NCBI RefSeq assembly: GCF_009914755.1
Contig: NC_060929.1
Reading direction: 5' to 3' (one strand)
DNA: 64,000 nucleotides
Source: the human T2T-CHM13v2.0 reference genome, Homo sapiens
Part shown: positions 55,328 to 64,000 of the stretch, in pieces
Layout of the letters: each line of letters opens with the position of its first letter
How positions within the stretch are numbered: position 1 is the stretch's first letter
The notes under the pieces: generated by a model
The model's input: the letters and a program-made list of their open reading frames with translations, nothing else
What the model was told of the DNA's origin: nothing
The model's database searches: none
Position numbers and translations under genes: made by a program

Positions 55328-55402
55328 TGTGTGTGTGTGTGTGCGCGCGCGCGCGTGCGTGTGTGTGTGCGTGGGCGCGTGTGTGTGTGTGCATGCATGT
55401 GC
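55328..55402. repeat. (GT)n(GC)n alternating purine-pyrimidine tract
   Basis: TGTGTG...GCGCGCGCGCGCGTGCGTGTG...GCATGCATGTGC. Confidence 0.93.
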
Positions 55403-56349
55403 AGCCTCAGAAAGGGTAAGTAAGTCGTGGACTGGGCAGATAATCCAGATGATATCCACCCTACAGGAAAACAGTTCAGATACCAGAGGTAGTTGCAAAA
55501 GGATATTCCTGTAGAAGACTGAAGCAAAATGCTTGGGGGTTAAAGAATAAAGACAAGTTCAGGATGGGCAGGAATTTATCAGTCAAGCTTCTGGGACTAG
55601 CAGCTGAGATGCTCAACTTCCCTGCAGCTTCCAGTGAGTGCTCTGTGAAGGAGAATGCCCAGGGGCAAAAATCACTCAGCAGGAGGGCTCACTGAATCTG
55701 GATGTTCCCTCAGAAGGGGCTGCCAAGTGAGCGCTGTGGTTCAGAACCACATTGGGCATGCCAGCTGCAGATTTCCCAAAAGCTCATGATAAAGCCCTTG
55801 GTAGGGAAGCCACATGCTCCCTTTCTCTGCCATCTGAAACCTCCTGATGACATCCCCAGAAGGAAAATTCCTGGTGTCCCTTTTATTTCATGGAAATAGT
55901 GATACTTAAGGAAGCACACTAGGACTCTGACCGTGTATCTCATGGTTTACATTGGGGGCGAAAATATCAGTAGAATGGAGTAATACAGAGACTTTCCTGC
56001 TTCACACAGGGATTGCTTCCTAAGAAGTTGCATGGAAATCAAACTTATATCATTCTAGTCATATTTTCTCTCTGGAGTACTTTTTGAGACACTTCTGCAT
56101 TTCTGATCAGTCTTCTATTAGATGATCAATCTTTATGATTTGCTGTCTTGGGTTTTCTGTTCCTTGGTCTTCCATTTGAGAAGAAAAATGACTTAAGAAC
56201 ATGCCTACATTTCCAACTTTATTACTACACTACTCCATTTAAGTGTTTCTGACCACATTAAACTCAAACTAACTACGCAAACTTCTCTCCTCTTACCTTC
56301 CCTTTAGCGCATCCTGGAACTTCTCTTGCCTTCTTCTGTGTAGAGTGGA

Positions 56350-56565
56350 GGTGACGCAGGCTCTGGAAGTGCCTGTGTTTCTTTATTTCTTAGCTGTGTG
56401 ACCCAAGCTGCTTAAGCTTTCTATGCTTCAGTTTTGCCTCTGTAAACTGTGGATAATAATAACATCTGGGATTCTCTGAGGAGTAAAGGACATTTTGTAC
56501 GTGAACCTCTTAGAATCCTGCCTGGTATGTGGTAAACTCTCAGTAGATGCTAGCTATTATAGTTA
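56350..56565 (+). mobile_element. MIR SINE
   Basis: TAGCTGTGTGACC...CTTCAGTTTTGCCTCTGTAAA...GCCTGGTATGTGGTAAACTCTCAGTAGATGCTAGCTATT. Confidence 0.8.
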
Positions 56566-56689
56566 TTGCCTATCTCTGTTAATGGTATCATCATTTACCA
56601 GACTTCTAAGCTAGAGAGTTATTTCCTATTCCCTTCTCTCCATCAATTATTCATTATAATACCAATAATAACAACGATAGTAAAAATAC

Positions 56690-56920
56690 TAGCTAACATT
56701 TGTTGAGCATTCACTTTATGTTGATCCTTAATTTATACTAAGTACTTCACACCATTAGCTTATTTAATCCTCTCTTGATAACACTATTTCCATTTTAAAG
56801 ATGAGAAATACGAAACTCAGAGAGATGAGGTAACATCTGCAGTGTTACACACTTAGTGAATGGCAGAGCTGTAATTTACATTCAGGTTCATCCAACTCCA
56901 AAGCTCTGTTCACCACTATG
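56690..56920 (-). mobile_element. MIR SINE
   Basis: TAGCTAACATTTGTTGAGCA...CATTTTAAAGATGAGAAA...CTCAGAGAGATGAGGTAAC. Confidence 0.8.
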
Positions 56921-57213
56921 AGATTCTGCAACCAAATTCAGTCTTTTTGCCTCTGAAATATCCCTGAAATCAATTCCCTTCTCCCTATCCCAGCTTCTAC
57001 AAATCTCTCTTCTGATCTTAAGGCAGTTTCCTGTATGGTCACTTTGTCCCCAGGTTCTCCTTTCTCAAACCATCCTCTAATCCCTTCTCAAAGTTATTTC
57101 TTGAAAGTAGTCAGTGGGTCACAAACTTTCAATGGTTCTTCATTTCCGAAATGTATTGGTCCTTCATGGCCATCTTACCAACTTCTATCCTGCTGTCCAG
57201 TATTCTCATGTTC

Positions 57214-57700
57214 CTGTATAGGAGGAGAAATATCTTTTATTCACCCATCACTAGGCTCCTGTTATAACAAAAGACAGGGTAACAAAAGAAAAGCACACAC
57301 ATTTATCCAATATAGATTTGATGTAACATGAGAGTCTTCATAAGGGAATAGGGACGCAAAGAAGCAGATAACTCTGTGTATTTTTTAATGCTTAGGTTTT
57401 TGATAAAGAAGTGGATAGTCGTAGAGAAGTATGATTGGTAAAAAAGTATATGATCGAATGGTAATAAACTGGGGGAGGGGGAGGACTTAGCAAGACCTAT
57501 TTCTTTAGATTCTTCTCTGTGTCTCTATCTTCAGATGAAAGAAAGAGATGTTTCTTTCTTAGAAGTAAAGAAAAGGCATCTCTTGAATGAGCTCCTTAGA
57601 GGAGAAGGGTGGGAGAAGGTCAGAGTGACCTTCCTGTTTTTCTTTTTTCCCGAATTTCTTCAGCGTAAAATATTTTGTAGCAACAGTTTCTGAACTCATC
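57214..57700 (-). mobile_element. ERV1 solo LTR (MER31-like)
   Basis: TGTATAGGAGG start, TATAACAAAAGACAG, ATGCTTAGGTT, ATGATTGG, AAGGTCAGAGTGACCTTCCTG. Confidence 0.75.
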
Positions 57701-59188
57701 CTTCCCCTTGATTATTCTAATGTCCACATCCTTCACTTCTATGGCTTTGCTCTGACAATTGGATCTACCTTAATTGGCCTCCACTCTCCTCATCTTATTA
57801 CCTTGCTGATCTTCTCAGATGTAGTTCAAATGGCTTTCACGAAGTGACTTTTTCCTTCTCTCTACGCTCATAACACTGTATTTATATATTTGTACATCAA
57901 TTCAAATGGTGTATTATTGTTTGCTCTTTTACTATATGTATCTTCACCCCTAGACTGTGAGTTCTTGGAGAGCAAAGAGCATATCTCAAACATCTTGTGT
58001 TCCTAGCCAAGTGCCTCTCCATAGCAAGCCTTCAAATATATTGATTCCAGGAAGAAACAAGTAAATGAACTTACCCACGTAGAGGAAATTTAAGTAACCT
58101 CATATGATAGATTTAAAAAAAATTCAAAAAAATGATTTTTTTTCTCATTTATAATCTTTGTAGGCTTGGGCTTTTTTGGTTATATGTTTTTTTAAAAAGG
58201 AGACCTACTCTTGTACTCTAAGAGCTAATGTTTCTATAAAGAAGTTTGGGGCTCCACACAAAAGCCTTATCATTCTTCAAAGAGGCAGAGTTTTTTGAGT
58301 TTTGCTGCATAGAAGATTCAGGAGGTGGTAATTAAAGTGATTAATAAGAGAATACCAGTGGTTAGTAATCAGCTTACCGATTATTTATTAGAAGTCTGTA
58401 CCTCCTAGATAGGAGAATTGTTCATTTAAACAAATTTTATTAGCTCTTGGATCTTATTTTTAAAGAGTGAATCAAGTTGTAGAGATCTTCTGAACAGAGG
58501 GTGGTAGGAGAAAGAATGATTGGAAAGGTAGTCAGGGACCTGCTCTCTTATTCACAGATCTTGTGGCATCAAATGCGTTGCCTGCCACCTAGCCTCTTGT
58601 GAGTAAGATCATATCACAGACCGTATTTGGGGCAACTTGATGTGGTCCATGTGACTGTGCCGCATCTCATGGCCATTTGGACCTCTTGTGGGCACCCGCC
58701 CTATTCCTTGGGCTGGTTGGGCTGGAATGGTGAAGAAGGCTTGGGCCAGCCAACCTCCTCTTGCAGGAATATGAACTGGGAAATAGGGAGACAAGAAGGC
58801 AGTCAGCAGAGTGGGAACAAATGCTGAGTGCATGATATAAAGCAGCATATTTTAGGTATCACCTGCACTTATCAAAGTGCAGATTCTAAGACTCCAGGTC
58901 CAGATTTCTGACTCATGGTTGACACATGCTCCCTGTTACCTACACTAAGGTTTAATACTCATGGCTATATTTGAGGCTTGGAAAGCCATGATGAACCATG
59001 GACAAGCTAAAAGTACCAGAGAACAACCACCATGAAGAAACAGAAACTCTGTGCAGGCAGACAAACATCTAACACAAGTTATTGGTGTAGATTGTTTGGA
59101 TATAGGAAACTCATTATGGCCAAGCCTTAAGGGAAAAGAAATTCATTAGAAAGATATAAAACAGTCTGCAAAATAAAAGGGAAGGGTT

Positions 59189-59455
59189 GGCTGGGTGTGA
59201 TGGCTCATGGCTGTAATCCCAGCACTTTGGGAGACTGAGGTGGGCAGGATCACTTAATTTCAGGAGTTCGAGACCAGCCTGGGCACCATGGTGGAACCTT
59301 ACCTCTACAAAAAATACAAAATTTTGCCAGAAATAGTCCCAGCTACTTGGGAGGCTGAAGGGGAGGATTGCATGAGCCCGGGAGGTTGAGGCTGCAGTGA
59401 TCTGTGATCATGCCACTGCACTTCAGCCTGGGTGACAGTGATACCCTGTTTCTAA
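59189..59455 (+). mobile_element. AluJ with internal deletion, inside a MaLR LTR remnant (~59075-59900)
   Basis: GGGAGGATTGCATGAGCCCGGGAGGTTGAGGCTGCAGTGA (J-type right arm). Confidence 0.9.
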
Positions 59456-59485
59456 ATAGATAGGTAGGTAAGTAGATAGACAGAT

Positions 59486-59531
<46 letters not shown>

Positions 59532-59542
59532 CAGATAGATAG
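59456..59542. repeat. Compound (TAGA)n/(TAGG)n STR grown from the Alu tail
   Basis: TAGATAGGTAGG...(GATA)n...GACAGATAGATAG. Confidence 0.95.
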
Positions 59543-61031
59543 GAGAACCAGGCTCAGAAAAGGAAAGGACACAGGGCAGGTGTGGAGTAGCTATGGAGTA
59601 ACAAGAACTATGGTCGTACCAGGACTGCTTCACTATGTTGATATGAATGAACCCCCACCTACGTTTTCCCGTCTTTGCATCATTCTACTCAAGACTCATT
59701 GTCTGGGGTGGTGGTGGTGGGAGAATAAGAGTTCAGTCGGCCTAGCTTAGGTCATATGCCCATACTGCTCTCAAGAGACAGCAGAAGAAACTGATTATCA
59801 GCCTCATTGTGTCTCCCTACCATGTGGGAAAGAAATTCACAAAAAAAGACTGGGTTGTCCCTAAAGCATAAAAAGAGGATGCTAGGTATTCACCCAACAA
59901 CGAATATCCTAGGGAGGAACATGACATGTGTTGGAAGAGAAAGAGAAAGGACAGTATGTGGAGCATCAGATGAATGAGCAAAAGTCTTCAAACCCCTATT
60001 GCTGATGTATCTGGAGGAACTTCATGTACAGATCCACTTTCTGGGCCCTACTGCACTGGAGGCCAAGTGTTTCAGCTCTTCCTTATTTCTCATATATGTG
60101 CCTTGTTCTGGTCAGCACTTACTCAACCCAAGTGTGTCTCAAGTTCCTTGTGGCTAAAAATGAAATAGAACTTCTGAGCTCTGTCTTAAAAAGCTGAGTG
60201 GTCTTGAGCAGTAAATGTCTATCTCCTTGGGCCTCAGTTTTGCCATTCGTAAATTAAAGAAGTTGGGCTTATTAAGCTCCCTAGGTCCCCAATGTCTGCA
60301 GTAATAGTACTCATCTAATTAACTCCTGCTTTTTTCTTTTGTCTCACTGTTGATGATGACTATAAATGCAGCAAACAAATTGCCAAATTCCAGAGAAAAA
60401 TAAATACTCTTTTTTTTTTTTTTTTTTTTTTTTGGTGACATTACTTGGTCAAACTCTCAATTTGTCTTAGAAAATAGAAATGAAAACAATATTACAGTGT
60501 TCCCGACTAAGGCTTGGGTGCTCTGGCCTGCATGCACCATGTCTGGCAGAAAAATGACATTGAAGTTGGTGTCTGATGCCCCACAGAGTTGCCATAATGG
60601 AGAAGCCCTAGGGACTATAGCACCCAATAGTTACCATGGCGGTTAAGGCCCTACCTGTGTTTTTCTATTTAACAAGAGAAAAATCATTAAACATGGTTTC
60701 CTTAGCTTCTACTGGCTGTGAAAATGTGGCAGCAGCATTAGGACATACATCTTCTTCTCGAATTTCTCTTGAGAATTATAGAAGTAATCTGTGAAAACGG
60801 AGAATACAAAGGAAATGGATTTCATTATTCCTCCTGCAGAAGGTACATTTACTAGGGGACTAAAAGGTTAGTCGGCTCATTTTTGTTTTTAAATGTGGTC
60901 ATTGCTGATTTTGAATTGTATTTTGAGTTATTTGGATGAATAAATTAGACACGTAGTCTGTTCTTTGTCTTGGGGAGGTATTATAAACTTTGAAGCTTAT
61001 AAGGATCAAGCAGGACATGACAGAATGAAGC

Positions 61032-61402
<371 letters not shown>

Positions 61403-61584
61403 TCAGCTCCAGCCATTTGTTGCACTTTGGGAATGCAGATCTTATAGTACTTCATCATCTGATTTTTCAAGATCACCTAGAATTTGGAATTTTTGTGTAA
61501 ATTCTTCTGATTTTTAAATGTTGGCAACTAGTTTGCTGAAAAACAAAATAGAATGTTCTGCAGATTCATACCTGTCTTGCAAAT

Positions 61585-62130
61585 TTGCAAACAGGATTTC
61601 ATTCTTTTTATGGCTGAATAGTATTACATTGTGTATATATACCACATTTTCTTTAGCCATTCATCCACTGATGGACAGTAAGGTTGATTAAGTAAAGTAC
61701 GCCAGACACTGAAAGACAAATACGCATGATCTCACTCATATGTGGAATCTAAAAGAGTTAATCTTATAGAAATAGAGAGCAGAGTAGTGGTTACCAGCAG
61801 CCAAGAATAATGGCGGTGGTTTGGGAGGAAGAGGGTGAGGAGAGGTTGGCCACCAGGTACAAAGTTGCAATTGGGTAGGAGGAATAACTTCCCATATTCC
61901 ATTGCACAGTAGAGTTACTATAATTAATAACAATGTTTTGTAGATTTCTGAAGAGTTAGAAGAGCAGATTCTAAATGTTCTCAATACAAAGACACCGTAA
62001 ATGTTTGAGATCCTGGATATGCCTATAACACTGATTTGGTCATTATACTATATATATATACATTTTAAAACATTGCATTGTACTCCATCAATATGTACAA
62101 TTATGTGTCAATTAAAAATAAAAAATAAAA
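61585..62130 (+). mobile_element. L1MA 3' end with inverted 5' segment (61585-61689 antisense)
   Basis: Antisense ACAGGATTTCATTCTTTTTATGGCTGAATAGTA...AGGTTGATT joined to sense AAGTAAAGTACGCCAGACACTGAAAGACAAAT...TGTCAATTAAAAATAAA. Confidence 0.88.
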
Positions 62131-62575
62131 CGTTAGAAAAAAGCTTGCTTTTGCAACCTGAAAATAAAGCTCTGGAGCTGAAATAATACACATCTATTGT
62201 CTGAATGCCACCTATTGTAAACTCTGTTCTAAGTGAACACTAACATATAGAATAGATTAAAGAAAAAACATTCAACCTTCCAAATGTTGAGAAATGTGAT
62301 GTCAAAATCAGAGCTCTTTTAAATTATCTGAATACTTAGCCTTATATAGTTGAATTATATAAATGGTTGAGTAATATCTTTGCTTTTGTTTGTTGAGATT
62401 AGTTATCCTAGAGAGGCATAATGAAGATGGAAAACGCCTGAATTTAAGTCCCAGCTGACCATCAGTTAGCTGGACAAACAAGGGCACTTACCTGACATCT
62501 TTAGTTTTCTTTATTAATAAAATAGGACAATAGTTCAGACATCATAGACATAGATAAATATTAAATAAGATGGCA

Positions 62576-63243
62576 CAGTCATGTGCCACTTAACAACAGG
62601 AATACTCTACGAGAAATGTGCTCTTAGATAATTTCGTTGTTGTGCTAACATAATAGAGTGTACTTACACAAACCTAGATGGTATAGCCTATAGCCTATTA
62701 CATGCGTAGGCAATATGGTAAAGCCTGTTACTCTTAGGCTACAAACATGTGCAGCATGTTACTGTACTGAATACTTCAGGCAATTGTAACACAATGGTAT
62801 TTGTATATCTAAAAATAGAAAAGGTACAATAAAAATATGGTATAAAAGATGTCTTAAAAAGTACACCTGTATAAGGCACTTATCATGAATGGAGCTTACA
62901 AGCCTGGAAGTTGTTCTGGGTGAGTTGGTGAGCGAGTGGTGAGTGAATGTGAAGACCTAGGACATACTGTACACTACTGTAGACTTTATAAACACTGGCC
63001 ACTTAGGCCACACTAAGTTTATTAAAAACATTTATTTCTTCAGTAAGAAATTAACCTTACTTATTGTAACTTTTTAAAAAGTTGTAATTTTAAAAAACAC
63101 ACAAGTAATGCATCATGCTATAGCCTTATTATGGTTTCATCAGTAGGCAATAGAAATTTTTCGGCTCCATTATAATCTTATGGGACCAGTGCCATATATG
63201 TGGGCCATCCTTGACCGAAACATCATTATGAGGTGCGTGACTT
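62576..63243 (+). mobile_element. Tigger3/MER7-type internal-deletion derivative
   Basis: TIRs CAGTCATGTGCCACTTAAC / CATTATGAGGTGCGTGACT; TACTTACACAAACCTAGATGGTATAGCC. Confidence 0.88.
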
Positions 63244-63320
63244 TATATGTGGAATTTGTATGTCACACGAGCCTTTGAGATCAAGGGACTTCTGTCTTGA
63301 CTCCTATTAATGGTACAAAA

Positions 63321-63845
63321 CAGAAGTCCCCAACTCCCAGTAATGGTCTGTGGCCTATTATAAACTGGGCCGCATAGCAGATGAGCAGTGGACCAGTGAG
63401 CGTGAAGCTTCATCTGTATTTACAGCCACTCCCCATCACTCTCTTGCATTACCGCCTGAGCTCTGCCTCCTGTCAGATCAGATCAGTGGTGGCATTAGAT
63501 TCTCAAAGGAACATGAACTCTATTGTGAACTGCATATGTGAGGGATCTAGGTTGGGTGCTCCTTACGAGACTCTAACGCCTGATGATTCTTCACTGCCTC
63601 TCATCATCCCTGCCATGGGACCATCAAGTTGCAGGAAAACAAGCTCAGGGCACCCACTGATTCTACATTATGGTGAGTTGTATAATTATTTCATTATATA
63701 TTACAATGTAATAAATCATAGAAATAAAGTACACGATAAACGTAATGTGCTTGACTCATCCTGCAAACCCCTGCCACCCCTGGTCCATGGAAAAATTGCC
63801 TTCTATGAAACTGGTCCCTGATGCCAAAAAGGTTGAGGACCACTG
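63321..63845 (+). mobile_element. MER1A (hAT-Charlie)
   Basis: CAGAAGTCCCCAAC...GAAGCTTCATCTGTATTTACAGCC...CCAAAAAGGTTGAGGACCACTG; degenerate 8-bp TSD GTACAAAA/GTATAAAG. Confidence 0.92.
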
Positions 63846-64000
63846 GTATAAAGGGAGGTGGGACTGCAGTGTGGGTTCACCATATAGCTGCAAGACAGAG
63901 GAGACCAGGCCTTATTCAAGCCTGTAGACTTACTTCTGATCACTGCCACTGGAGGGATACAGCTACAGGGGCTACAAGACCTTTGATGTTTCATAGGAAA

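Noticed and set aside
63350-63927. 146-aa ORF and overlapping ORFs
   Set aside because: They lie mostly within MER1A and are chance open frames

Overview
Primate (most likely human) non-coding, AT-rich intronic or intergenic DNA. It is dense in Alu, L1, L2, MIR, LTR (ERV1, ERVL, MaLR) and DNA-transposon (Tigger, Charlie, MER) relics. I can support no protein-coding exon, and the long ORFs in the track are mostly Alu, Tigger or MER read-throughs. There is one young, 3'-truncated, tailless 5S rRNA retrocopy at 14275-14365. There is no sign of a prokaryote-type system (CRISPR, operon, etc.). The most unusual signal is a cluster of locally templated duplications and insertions between about 24.8 and 42.6 kb: a ~540-bp inverted copy inside an old L1, a 162-bp ~96%-identical inverted copy inside a MIR, a ~112-bp direct copy with stuttered junctions inside an AluJ, a 17-bp copy of the same sequence inside an AluSc, and two direct-repeat-flanked inserts. 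Also seen: a young L1PA2-type insertion with a 13-bp putative 3' transduction, a twin-primed (5'-inverted) L1MA, and a palindromic 30-bp minisatellite. Repeat family names come from recalled consensus sequences, not a search. Boundaries of old repeats are approximate, and identities were counted by eye.
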